Source: Octopus sinensis (Eukaryota). Taken from it: a stretch of 64,000 bases of DNA. The DNA is taken from assembly GCF_006345805.1 (NCBI RefSeq), contig NC_042999.1:53320001-53384000 (forward strand), read 5' to 3'. Both the position numbers and the translations under genes were made by a program. How positions within the stretch are numbered: position 1 is the stretch's first letter; each line of letters opens with the position of its first letter. Positions 28,178 through 41,129 of this stretch are shown in pieces. The notes under the pieces are model-generated. The model saw nothing but the letters and a program-made list of their open reading frames with translations, did not search any database and was not told where the DNA came from.

Positions 28178-28206
28178 GAATCACTATTTACTGTTTCCAT
28201 CATTCA

Positions 28207-28245
<39 letters not shown>

Positions 28246-28789
28246 TGTGTCTGTGTTTGTGTCTGTATGTGTGTACGAATTCATATGGTAGACAAATCGA
28301 TTTCTAACAATAGCCATTCAGTTGCTTAAACTACTAAATGATATGCTCAATAATGAACTGGCGAAGGATCGGGGGCATTCTACGTAAAAAATGTTCTTTA
28401 AGGGTAAATACCGCAAACCTGCTAAAGTGACATGCAGTGGAACTGCACCGGAGTATTCAGGGCTGCAAAGTGAACTCGCTGACCACTCATTCATGCCTGT
28501 ATTAAAACACCATTGCCATACTCACATGCCAATACACAAACACACAATGATATGTATATATATATATGATTAAGTATGTCATATATAACTTCTCGATGAG
28601 GTTATAGAAACTGAAGATCTACTCTCTAAAGAGAAGGAGTGAAAGATATGCAGTGATATACATATAGAAGACGCTGGAAGTCCTAGCTCTAAACTTTGGA
28701 TTTGAAAGCTCCATTAACCTCGAAACTGGATGAGACGACATAGTACCAAAGTTCCCGTCTTTTCCCTCTAGAATATCGATACCTTACTG

Positions 28790-29060
28790 TAAGAGTTTGC
28801 ATTTCAAAATTTCACCATCATACAATATTCTGCCAAATAGCCTCAGAAATTTGCCAGATGTAAATGTGAACGTCTTCAAAGAACGTCTGCACAAACATTT
28901 GTCCAACATATCAGTTGAACGACCCACATTGCAGCAGGAGGGACAAAGAAAAGTAGCTCCGTCCAACTGAGTACTTCGCGAAAAACTACACACAGAAGAA
29001 AATCAGTCGCACTCAGATGTGTTGCCCTAGCATGACTTCTGCCTCTGGTGGAAACCAGTG
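28790..29060 (+). mobile_element. Old 3' fragment of a related L2/CR1-like LINE
   Basis: YNILPNSLRNLPDVNVNVFKERLHKHLSNISVERPTLQQEGQRKVAPSN aligns by eye to the C-terminus of the 12900-14476 element; degenerate tail motif near 29020-29058. Confidence 0.7.
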
Positions 29061-29162
29061 AATGCTCTGCATCCTTTATATACAATGCATTGCTACCATC
29101 CAGCAGCTAACAGGACCGTAGGACTGACTCACTTTTCAGCTACTTCGCTCATCCTCAGCCGT

Positions 29163-29321
29163 TAGGTTTCCCGTTCATAAATAGTTTAGCTTTATGGCGT
29201 ATCGTCAGATTCCAAAACTTGTTGGCCATAGACCTCTTAAAAATAAGAAGTCTTGGGCCAACAGCTTTTAGGATATGACGATATACCATAAAGCTAATCC
29301 CTTTATGGAAAGAATATCTAA
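29163..29321. repeat. ~160-bp imperfect foldback (MITE-like hairpin)
   Basis: Paired blocks TTAGCTTTATGG/CCATAAAGCTAA, TATCGTCA/TGACGATA, TGTTGGCC/GGCCAACA, TCTTA/TAAGA around an AAAA loop. Confidence 0.85.
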
Positions 29322-29996
29322 GGTAATCCTATAAACTGTTGTTTCAATGTTTAATATATATATATATATTACTATAACTGCTCTACATCTTAGAGTTTGC
29401 TTCTTCTGGATTGATGATTTTTACAGACGACATATGCATGCATGTATGTATATATATAAAGTCTTCTCAAAACGCGGTCTACCGCCCGCCTCGACACATA
29501 TCTCTTCTACATCTTCCCGTATTTGTGTAGTAATATGCGGATGTTTGGCCTACGGTTGAGTGTCAGAGGAGAGAAGAGTAAAAAAGAGTCATGGGTATTG
29601 TAATAGAGTGCTACTAGTTACTAAAGCAGTACTAGGAAACCAACAGTTAATGAGGATAATGATAAAAAGAAATATAAACCTGAAAAGTAGTTTTAAAATG
29701 AAAACACAAAATGGCAGAGGTTCAGAAAACAGTAGAAAAAATATGGATGATCAGATTGTTGTATTTCTGGTGATATTAAATAGAGATTTTTTTTTAAATC
29801 TTATATAATGAGATAAATGAATATATAAATAATTATTCTATTTAAAGAGTGGAATTGAAATGTACCAAGGCAGAGGGGTAACTGGGTAACAATTGTGTGA
29901 CTTTCGTACGGGTGTGTAGACTTAATGGCAAATGCAAGAGAGAGAGAGAGAGAGAGAGAGGAAAATAAGATATGCATATATACAGACGTATATATG

Positions 29997-30031
<35 letters not shown>

Positions 30032-31457
30032 ACTATGTCATGACAACTGTAATTAGTATACACCATTACAACTTATGTATATACACTTATAGATATTTGT
30101 ATGTATGTGTGTGTGTGTAACGGCTTCTTGTATATCAGCATACACTGAATTATCATGGCATGAGCGTAATAAACATGATGTTAAAAGCATGTATTTTGAA
30201 GAGAAAACCTATATTGAAGAGCAACCTGCGAGACAATTATCAAAACAATCTGAAAATTGACAGGAAACTGAAAAAACATCGTATGACAGAAACGCGTGTT
30301 TTATTAGTAAAACAAAAAAAACAAAAAATGATCTAAATATTTTTTTTTTCTAAATTACAAAAAGACAAGAAAAATATCAAATTTTAGAAACTTAATATTT
30401 TTTATCATAATTTGTGAGATTAAATGAGAATTATGAAGACAGAAATAGCAGTTTGAAGTTTATTTCAGATTCGGCCTGGGCAGACATGCGCGTGAAAATA
30501 ATTAAATTTATTTTGGTTGCGTTGCCTAGGTAACAACGAAGCTGCGTTGGAAGGAGAAGCTTGGTAACGAAGTTTGCAAATTTAATGATTGATACCAACA
30601 GTAAACATACGAACTAAAAGAAACACAGTGCAACATGAAATATGAACAAGCAAAGAATAAACGTAGTGAACAAGAAATAAATACTAGCTGCCAGTTAGAG
30701 ATATTGAGCGCAAATTGATCGATATATAAAGCAGAAATTGGTGGGAGAAGCGTGTGTGTGTGTGCATTTTAAAGTGGGCACGTGTCTAAGTGTATGTATG
30801 AGTGTGTGATCAATGTAGGCAATAAAGAACCATTATTATCATGTGCATTTACAAATTGTATCTAAATTTGCCAGAATATGATTCTGTTAATCATGGAAGT
30901 ATGACTGCGACTGACTCAAGCAACTTACTGAATACATTTGCTGACTTGTTAAAGTTAGGAACAATCAAATTGCCGGAGAGAACCTGGAATTCCATCAAGC
31001 ATCAACGCATATTGAATATTGAAGCAAGGTATCTCACTTTGATTCTATTTCGGATATGTGCAGGAGAGCTTTCAATATAAATGTTATTTCAAAATCAAAT
31101 AAAGAAATATGTTGAAAACATCTATGTGTAAAAAAAAAACAACAAAAGATGAAAACATATTCAAATAATGTGTTATTAAGCAGTTTCATTTCTTTTTTCT
31201 TTTTCTTGCACCGTTTAAAGAATACCAATTCCGTTGAATCTGCTTCATAAATCAGCAGAGACCAAGCATGGTACCGCGATTGTAGAGCTATGATACGGCC
31301 AAATGAAATGGTATCAATCGTTACACATGAATTTATCATTTGCTTTGGGATACGAAATGTAAATTCCAATATTTATACACACAGTAGGATACATAAAGAA
31401 TATATACAGTATATAAAGATACATGCATATGAATGTGTGTATGTACGGGGACAACAC

Positions 31458-31530
<73 letters not shown>

Positions 31531-31819
31531 TCACCGTGATCACCATGACCGACCAGGCTATCAGATGCTGCTACACATCGCTGGTTACAATGCGCTTCGC
31601 ATTGTTTTAGCCTTCAAATGACACCACCCCGCTGGCTAAGCGAGCAGGCCAACAGAAGAGAGAGAGAAAGTTGTGGCGAAAGAGTAGAGTAGGGATCGCC
31701 TCGTGGAGCATTTAAGTGTTTTCACTCAGTAAACACTCACAACGCCCGGTCTGGGAATCGAAACTGCGATCCTACAACCGCGAGCCCACTGCCCTTACCA
31801 CTGGGCCATTGCGCCTCCA
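31531..31819 (-). mobile_element. SINE family B, tail variant 2
   Basis: Matches 17309-17591. Confidence 0.85.
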
Positions 31820-31836
31820 TATAAATATATATATGT

Positions 31837-32223
31837 ATTCTTTTACTTGTTTCAGTCAATTGACTGTGGCCATGCTGGAGCACCGCCTTTAGTCGAACAA
31901 ATCGACCCCAGAACTTATTCTTTGTAAGCCTATTACGTATTCTATTTGTCTCTTTTGCCGAACCGTTAAGTTATGGGGACGTAAATACACCAGCATCGGC
32001 TGTCAAGTGATGTTGCGGGGCCAAATACAGATACACTAACATATATACACACACACATACATATATATGACGGGCTTCTTTCAGTTTCCGTCTACCAAAT
32101 CCACTCACAAGGCTTTGGTCGGCCCAAGGCTATAGTAGAAGATACTTGCCCAAGGTGCCACGCAGTGGGACTGAACCACGTGGTTAGTAAGCAAGCTACT
32201 TACCACATAGCCACTCCTGCGCC
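31837..32223 (-). mobile_element. SINE family A, full length
   Basis: Closely similar to 20660-21052. Confidence 0.88.
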
Positions 32224-32633
32224 TATATATATATAACAAACTTTGGTTGTAGAACAAACAACAAATTTAAGGTCATCCACTTAACACATCATATCTCGAA
32301 CATTTAATCACAAATAAAGGAACAATGCTTTTTCTTATACATAGAATACGGATGCACAAAATCACAGAAGATGAAACAATATTTCATTTAGACAAGCATA
32401 TAAAAAACAAGTGTGTACACTATCGAAATATTAAAAATTTTTAAATTAATACTTCAGTGTCTAAAATAAATTTTTTAACATTATAAAACCTAGAATAATA
32501 AATATATAAAAATACATATATATAAGAAACATATAAATACATAAGGTTGGGATAAAATTTCATCGATTAAGAATTATTTACGATTACAAGTTACTTTTTA
32601 AGATAAAGGGAAACCTAAAAAATATATATATAT

Positions 32634-32700
32634 TTACCGTCCCTATGGCCATTTCAGGTGCTCATCAACTTAGTCAATGCACGATGGTGCATTACGGTAA
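32634..32700 (-). ncRNA. Decayed hammerhead-like motif in the 3' region of a Penelope fragment
   Basis: Minus strand: TTACCGT...TTGATGA-GCACCT-GAAA-TGGCCA-TA-GGG-ACGGTAA; palindrome ATGGCCAT; stem II and inner stem I disrupted; downstream of the GIY-YIG ORF on the same strand. Confidence 0.4.
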
Positions 32701-32964
32701 TGACTCCTTCATCTGGGTAAAATAATAATAACACTACATACCACGACGAAACTTCTTTGGGAAAAACCGATTCAACATTGCATGGTTTCTTATTTAGGAG
32801 GTCATGCTCAGACTAGTCCAATATTCAAAAAATTTTTAATTCGAGAAAAAAAACCCCAATTAATTATACAAATGGCTGTATTAAAGTAAATTCAGCCTCG
32901 TCGGTTTCATTTCCCTGTAAAGAATAAATGATTTATTGACTTCGATTTTTGTTCCTATATACTT

Positions 32965-33285
32965 TTAAGAAGGTAGACAAAAATTCATGGATGCAAACGG
33001 AATCACATCAGTATATTTATTCAAGGTGCTTGGTCCAAGACATTTAAGGATGGTAAGGGATTCCCTTATACACAGCTTACATTTGCTAATATTTCCTTTC
33101 AAGTTAGGGGTTCTAGAAACGATGGACCATTCTAGATAATAATTCTTGTAATTCCTCTTTAAATCATGTATATGGGATGCAAGTGTGGTTGAGTTACAAT
33201 ACTTATCCTTAGAAAACGAGCTCATATGGGATCTATATCTAGCTTTAAAATCCACCTTTGATGTATTGTATCCATTTCTCATCAC
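32965..33285 (-). mobile_element. Penelope-like element fragment, C-terminal part of GIY-YIG endonuclease
   Basis: FKARYRSHMSSF...STTLASHIHDLK...LEWSIV...CKLCIRESLTIL fits the Penelope-type endonuclease C-terminal pattern; 5' truncated. Confidence 0.8.
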
Positions 33286-33530
33286 ATGTTACAATTCGAT
33301 TCAAAAATGATTAATTTTTGTGACAAGAAAGTAGTATAATTGCTGTTTCTGATTTTCCTTGCATTCATGTGGAAGCTACTTATCCATCTTTTTCAGTTGA
33401 ACTAGAGGAGTCAATATTTTTTGCATGCAAACCCAAACAACAACGGGTACTTTGGGGTAGATCTGACTCGACAGGGACTTTCAGTTCGTCATTATCCACC
33501 TTTGTTTCTGGTCGACAGGGAGCTCGTTCG

Positions 33531-33696
33531 CGTACGTCTGTCATTTTTGTTATTCGCTGCCGACTCCCTTATAATTAATATTATTGAATGAGAGGGCAGC
33601 GCATGCCATCAAAGTGACACTGGGGTACAAATATACGAAGTCGAATACACATTTCATGATTGTCCGCCTGATGGCATGCGCTGCCCTCTCATTCAC

Positions 33697-33738
<42 letters not shown>

Positions 33739-33780
33739 TAATAATATTCGGCAGGGAATAACAAAAATGGCGGACGTGCG
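33531..33780. repeat. Nested inverted repeats
   Basis: Outer arms 33531-33563/33748-33780 (29/33); inner perfect 27-bp arms 33585-33611/33669-33695. Confidence 0.93.
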
Positions 33781-35180
33781 AGGATGAGCCCCCAGCAAAG
33801 TTGGATTAATTCTGTGATCCTTGCCAAACAAGATTTCAGAAATAACAAAAATATGAAGGAAAACTGTATCTTAATGTAAATCAATTCAGGACGCTGAAAT
33901 ATTTCTCACATATATGAAAAAAAAAACTGTGAGTACAAATAATGAACGTATATGCAGTCTCATAAATGTAATGTTTATATAGTTCAAACGTGCACTCGTA
34001 CATTTCATACATAAATAACGTAGAACATAGCGTTTGGACAAATTAAACAAGACAAATAATAATATCAATAAATATAAAATGCAACATGTCTCATTTTAAT
34101 AGGGCTTCGAAAACAAATAAAAGTGAAATTTTATCTATGAGCCTCAGGCATTCGAGATACGAAAAAAAGTAGTATAAAGCCAGAGACGGTGTTCTGCTAA
34201 AATGTTAACTCTGAACAAGCAAACCCTGTCTCCTAATGTCACTGCTCAAGTGAAAAACAAAACTAAAGGAGAATGTTGGACAGATGTCGACTACATTTAA
34301 GTACCATGTGCATTCTACACTGCAAAACTATACCCGGGAAACACAGAGAAAAGAAAAGAAACATACCATATATGGAGAAGAAGAAAAACTGATAGAAAAG
34401 GACATGTCTCAGAGGATACTCTTGCGAATGTCCGGCGATATATCCTGCGTGACGGAAAAGTACACCAAACCGAAATAAACAATGTATTAGATAAAATGCA
34501 CACAGAAAATAAAACAAAACACTTCATAACTCAAAACAATGGGTCGCAATCAGGCAAAACCAGCACACCAGACATTGAGGAAATCCCCTCCGGTCATGAA
34601 TGACCATGGTATTGCACCTAGAAAGTTACCCTCCGAGGTACAAACTCAGGCAAGGTTGTTTATGAAAGGCCAGTAGTCGCCCATGCATACCAACCTCTCC
34701 TCTCCACACCACTTTCCACACCAGACCAGCTATACCTAGATACTCAACACTAAACACTGTCCAAAAATTAGTTCTGTTAGGAACAACCCACATCTTCCGC
34801 AAGACACTATCAATCCAATAATGCAACCTAAACGAAACAACCCACAAATTCAAGACACACTATACAACAGTTATCCAGTGAAATAAACTCCCATCAGCAA
34901 GCTAGAAAACCAAAGTATTACACACTCAACACACAATACAAGCAGCAACATAACAAAAGACAGCAGCACGCTTCAAGGAAAAATATCTAACACAATACAG
35001 TACCGGGAAGAGTTCGCACACTTCTAACATCAGAAAAGAACACACAATGCTGCACACACCTCAGCAACATGGAGGTGTAGTAGGTAATGCAGTAGAAATT
35101 TGCCTCAATCTACCAAACATTGAAGAGTTTATAATAATAATAATAATAATAATATATTAATAATAATAATAATAATAATG

Positions 35181-35215
<35 letters not shown>

Positions 35216-35239
35216 TAATAATAATAATAATGATAAAAA

Positions 35240-35740
35240 GACTGGATGCACACCAAGCAATAGTTCTCAAGCTTCCGATCTTAAGTCATTAGAAGTGTTA
35301 TCATGTAAACGCCTTGTCTTCGTGTCAAAGATAGGCTACAGAAAATATTTTGCTCCATGGCATATATTTACTTGTCAGTTGCTTGATCTTAACCAGTTAA
35401 GAATGCCCTTTAGTGGCTGATGATATATGCCTCTCTGACCAAGACCAGAGGTGGTAGCAGAGTATTATGTATTCATTGAGGTTTAAATAATTCACCTCTG
35501 GAAACATGAGTGCTTCGCTTATCATCCGTAACCAGGCCTCATTCAGGGAACTTTTGTGCAGGATAAGCCACTCGACCTGAAGAAAATTTATTCTGAGCCG
35601 TACCTGCAAGGTCATGTGCTGTCTATGATTCATATGATGGTACCATATCACGTACATTATCATCAGATGTATAGTCTTTATAAGTATAATGGACTTTGTA
35701 TATTTGCTCCCTAGCTTCACTTTGATAATGTGTGCTCGAT
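35240..35740. repeat. ~450-500-bp non-coding interspersed repeat adjacent to (TAA)n, copy 2
   Basis: Homologous to 22540-22995. Confidence 0.8.
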
Positions 35741-35749
35741 CAGTTGTCA

Positions 35750-35932
35750 GGATTTTATCGAACAGAGGAGAATAGCTGGTTTGTTCAGTTGCCAGGATTA
35801 TATAGAAACAGAAGAAAACAGCTTAGGATGGTATGAAAAAATGCCGTGGAGCCATTATTGAACCTCTCGAAGAAGGCCGGCGACATCAAAACTTGGAACT
35901 GTGTAATGAAAGAAAAAATTAAAGAGGAAAGG

Positions 35933-36017
<85 letters not shown>

Positions 36018-36392
36018 AAACAGCATTGAAGGAAAAAATATCTATGGACAGTTTGCAAGAGATGCAAACACCAAGACAGATACAGAAGGCGGCGAGCTGG
36101 CAGAATCGTTAGCAAGCCGGGCGAAACGCTTAGCGGTATTTCGTCTGCCGTTACGTTCTGAGTTCAAATTCCGCCGAGGGCGACTTTGCCTTTAATCCTT
36201 TCGGGGTCGATAAATTAAGTGCCAGTTACGCACTGGGGTCCATGTAATCGACTTAATCCCTTTGTCTGTCTGGTTTGTCCCCTCTATGTTTGGTCCCTTG
36301 TGGGCAATAAAGAAATAAGATACAGAAGACCAGTGACAATGGATGAGGAGGAATGATCTGAAGATAGAGACAGAAGCACTTATATGTGCACC
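35750..36392 (+). mobile_element. R4/Dong-like LINE fragment interrupted by (CA)n and a SINE
   Basis: EENSLGWY...EPLL and YGQFARD...WMRRNDLKIETEALICA, continuous across the SINE target-site duplication. Confidence 0.7.
36086..36320 (+). mobile_element. SINE family C with 11-bp target-site duplication
   Basis: AAGGCGGCGAGCTGGCAGAATCGTTAGC...GAGTTCAAATTCC; TSD AGATACAGAAG at 36078-36088 and 36318-36328. Confidence 0.9.
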
Positions 36393-36679
36393 GTTCGACT
36401 TTGCAATAAATATTGCTGTCATTTCTGGACTGGTGCCTCCCACTCTTCACTTGCTTGATCAAATTCAGAATCGAGAATGTGGTGTGCTCCCGTCTTTCAA
36501 ATTGGTTGGTGTCTTTGGTTCACAATCGAAATGCATCTTGCTGGTCGGTCTAGTAAGCTCTGTCAAAACCCTTAAACGTACCTTATGCGTCGTCACTCAC
36601 GAATAAGTTCCTTTATTTTAGTAGCTCCTTTCTGCTGTCCTCTGGAACCCACTACCATCGTCTTGTTTCCCTCTGGTCT

Positions 36680-37147
36680 AAGCAACCATACTCTGGGATA
36701 TGCCTATACACACAGATAGAGAAATTAAAGCCAATAAACCAGATATGGTTGTCAGAGATCATGAAGAAAAAATGCTTTCTAATCGATGTATCAATACCAG
36801 CAGATAACGACGTTTCTCTAAAAAAAATAGGGAAACTTTCAAAATACAAAAACCTGGAAGTAGAGGTAACTCGAATGTGGAATCTGAAAACAGAAATAAT
36901 TCCTATCATGGTAGGCGCATTAGGTATGATGAAAACAATATTCAGACAAATACATAACAAAAATCACCAGGACTTACAAAGATATATAACATACAAAAGA
37001 TTGCACTACTGGGCACTGCACACATCCTACGCAAAACAATTTCAATTCAGTCATCATAAGAGCATCACAGCAAACCATAGCACATACCCAAGTCACACAA
37101 AACTGCGCTCGGTAGTGAAGTGTGACCAAGTTATAAAAATAGAACTA

Positions 37148-37150
<3 letters not shown>
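36680..37150 (+). mobile_element. 3' end of an R4/Dong-like LINE (RLE domain)
   Basis: ILWDMPIHTDREIKANKPDMVV, CFLIDVSIPAD, KLSKYKNL, IIPIMVGALG, QKIALLGTAHILRK; followed by (TAA)n. Confidence 0.85.
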
Positions 37151-37184
<34 letters not shown>

Positions 37185-37253
37185 TAATATAATAATAATA
37201 ATAATATCGAAAAATATCTTAGGAATGACAACCCAGGTTCGAAATTTCCCCAA

Positions 37254-37299
37254 AACACCTGATGAAGGTTGGAGGGTTTATCAGCCGAAACGTTGTGTT
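37254..37299 (+). ncRNA. Minimal type I hammerhead ribozyme motif in a ~150-bp element following (TAA)n
   Basis: AACAC-CTGATGA-A-GGTTG[loop]CAGCC-GAAA-CGTT-GTGTT: 5-bp stem I, 5-bp stem II, palindromic AACGTT stem III, GUU triplet. Confidence 0.75.
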
Positions 37300-38824
37300 A
37301 ACAACAAAAAAGATGAGGAGAAATATCCGTCAAATGTAAATAATGTAAGTAGTACACAGTTCCCAAATTAAATAGCACATGCGTAGATGGCATTTGTTTT
37401 GCCAAAATAGAGACAGAACACAGAAGTTTGGAAGGATCTCCTTTTCCGCTTGCTTATGATCTGTGCACAGGCTGTAATCTGCAAATGATTAACTACTTAG
37501 ATAATCTTTAGAGAATCCAAGTTGTTAATTCAGAATGAATAAATGATTAATTGGTGATTAGGGTGAAACTAAAAAGTGCAAAATAACCTTGAAGAAAATT
37601 AGTTTAATTTTTAAAAAATCCCACTATATTCATACCTCGTAAAGGAAGAGGTTTAAGAGAATCCGATTTACAGATAATTACAAATCCATCGAATACTCAA
37701 GATACATTGATACGTTTGGGAAGGAATGTTATGGACGTATTAGAATAATGCTTCAATAAATTCTGAATAGAATAAAACTGGTTTTAGGTCTTAATAAGAC
37801 GGCTGTCGTTGTTTTAAGTTATCGCTTTAGTATTCCTTACTGGACGCTTAATGAACTTGCAGGGATGCGCTACACAAACTGTTAGAGAAAACTTATTTTT
37901 ACCATTTATATAAGGAGATGCGTGAATTATATGACATGAAATCTAAATATATAATAATGAACAATGGAGAACTAATATAAGCGGATGGAAAACACAAATA
38001 AACCAAAAAATCGTCTCTTTCTATTTGAAGAAAAAATACACAATAGAGGGAGATTGGAGAAATTATTTTGAAGAAAAGGAGAAACAGAAATAATGAAAAA
38101 AATATAATCTAAGCTATAAATGGATCTAAAAAAGACAATGGCTATACAATGAAAATTTCTTTCAGTGGCAGTGCATGAATTAACTAAACAAGGTGGACGT
38201 AGATACAGTGTACGATCGTAACACATTTTGATAAATGTAGTATTCAAAACTCTGACCGAAACAAATTCTATTAGGGAAGAGAATGAAAACAACCTCTCAA
38301 GAAACCAGCAAGCGTTGGGGTTGAGAAGGAGAAATCAATAACCTATTCTCTGAGTATCCTGTCTTAATCAATAGAGATTATATCTACAGGCATGTGAAAG
38401 ATGGCTTTGGTGATATTGCCACCGGAATTTATATCAGTGCTATAAAATAGCGTCAGATATGTTGCACAATAAACGTCCACCAACATTATGTCTCAAATAG
38501 TAAAAAAGCGATTATTCTCGGGAATTCACAAAGAAAGGCAACACGGATAATCTGATAAAGCAGGAAGCGAAGTTCCTCCGAATGGAAACGCCACCATTAA
38601 TGGACACTAATACATCTTTAATGTAATTGATATTGCCCAGGTATATAAAGATAGCGATAACCAAAATGTAGGACGTAATAAGAGATGTTAAGATAAGCTG
38701 ACACAGCTTAACCGTTGGGGTCTAAATTTTTTTAAAACGTTTATTAAAAATTCTTTCTGGCACATATCCTGGTGTTTTCAGGGGAAGATTTAATCGATGC
38801 CATCGACTCCTGTACTTGATTCGT

Positions 38825-38826
38825 GT

Positions 38827-38868
<42 letters not shown>

Positions 38869-38972
38869 TTAGATTATATACATAATATATATAATACATA
38901 TATATTATATATACATTATTATAATATTTATATATATATATATATATATATTATACATCTATATAAATATAT

Positions 38973-39003
<31 letters not shown>

Positions 39004-39024
39004 ATACATATATATATATAATAG

Positions 39025-39061
<37 letters not shown>

Positions 39062-39071
39062 TATATAATTA

Positions 39072-39109
<38 letters not shown>

Positions 39110-39225
39110 TTATATATATTATATATACATATATAATATATATACATAATATATATATATTATATATCATATATATATATATATATATTATATACATATA
39201 TATATATATTATATATATATATATA

Positions 39226-39256
<31 letters not shown>

Positions 39257-39305
39257 ACATATATATATACATATAATATATATATATATATATATAATAT
39301 AATAT

Positions 39306-39384
<79 letters not shown>

Positions 39385-39916
39385 ATATATATTACATATA
39401 TATATATATTCTATATATATATATCATATTATATATATATATATATACATATATTAATACCTATATATATATACATATATCTATACATATATATATATAT
39501 ATATACATTATATACTATATAACCTATATATATATCTATATATATATATATAATAATATATATTATAATATCTATTATATATATATCTATAATTACATAT
39601 ATATATATATATATAATATATCATATATAATACATATATATATTATACATATATATATACACTCATATATATACAATATATATACATATATCTATACATA
39701 TATATATACATATATATATATACTAATATATATATATATATTATATATATTATATATACATATATATTATATATATATAATATACCTATATATATATACA
39801 TATATATATATATCTATATACATATATAATTATATACATATATCTATACATATATATATACTATATATATAAACTATATATATATATATATAATATATTA
39901 CAATATATATATATCC

Positions 39917-39951
<35 letters not shown>

Positions 39952-40653
39952 ATATATATATATACATATATATATATCATCTATATTATATATATATATC
40001 ATACATATATATATACATATATATATACATATATATACATATATATATATTCCATATATATATAATATATATATTAACATATATTATTATCCATATAATA
40101 TATCCATATATATATAATATATATACTATATATATATATATATATCAATACATATATATATATAGATACATATATATATATTATATATATATATATATAA
40201 TATAATATATATATATACATCTATTATATATATATATACAATATATATATATATATTATACATATATATATATATTATCAACATATATATATATTATATA
40301 TATATATACATATATACATATATATATATACCTATATATATAATATATATATATCTATAATATATATACAATCTACCAATATATATATATATATATACAC
40401 ATATATACCTATATATATATATTACATTATATATATATATACATTATACCATAATATATATATAATACATATATATATATATATACATATATATATACTA
40501 TATACACTATAATATATATATATATACATATACCTATTATTATATACTATATACATATATTATATATATCTATATATATTATACATATATATATAATATT
40601 ATATAACATATATATATATATATATACATCTATATATATATATATATACACTC

Positions 40654-40685
<32 letters not shown>

Positions 40686-41057
40686 CATATATATACATAT
40701 CTATTATATATAATATATACATATAATATATAATATATATATATATATCTATATATATATATATATACATATATATATACATATATATTATATATATATA
40801 TATATATATACTATACATATATATATATATATATTCTATATATACATATAATACATATATATATATATTATATATATATTATATATTACCTATATAATAT
40901 ATATAATATATACATATATATATTATTATATATTATATATAATATATATATTACATTATATATATATAATATATATTATACATCTATATATATATATCTA
41001 TATATCTATATATATATATATATATCTATAATATCTATGATATATTATATATATATA

Positions 41058-41096
<39 letters not shown>

Positions 41097-41115
41097 ATAA
41101 TATATATATATATAT
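38825..41115. repeat. ~2.3-kb degenerate (TA)n/(TACA)n array
   Basis: Direct inspection. Confidence 0.99.
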
Positions 41116-41129
41116 TGCGATCCCTGAAA

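Noticed and set aside
28110-28230. Two identical ~36-bp units between (TA)n runs
   Set aside because: Simple slippage duplication or assembly artefact.
28588-28740. Possible long-loop hammerhead (CGATGAGGTTA...TAACCTCGAAAC)
   Set aside because: Stem and GAAAC are present, but the core is non-canonical and no clear stem I or NUH site; too weak to call.
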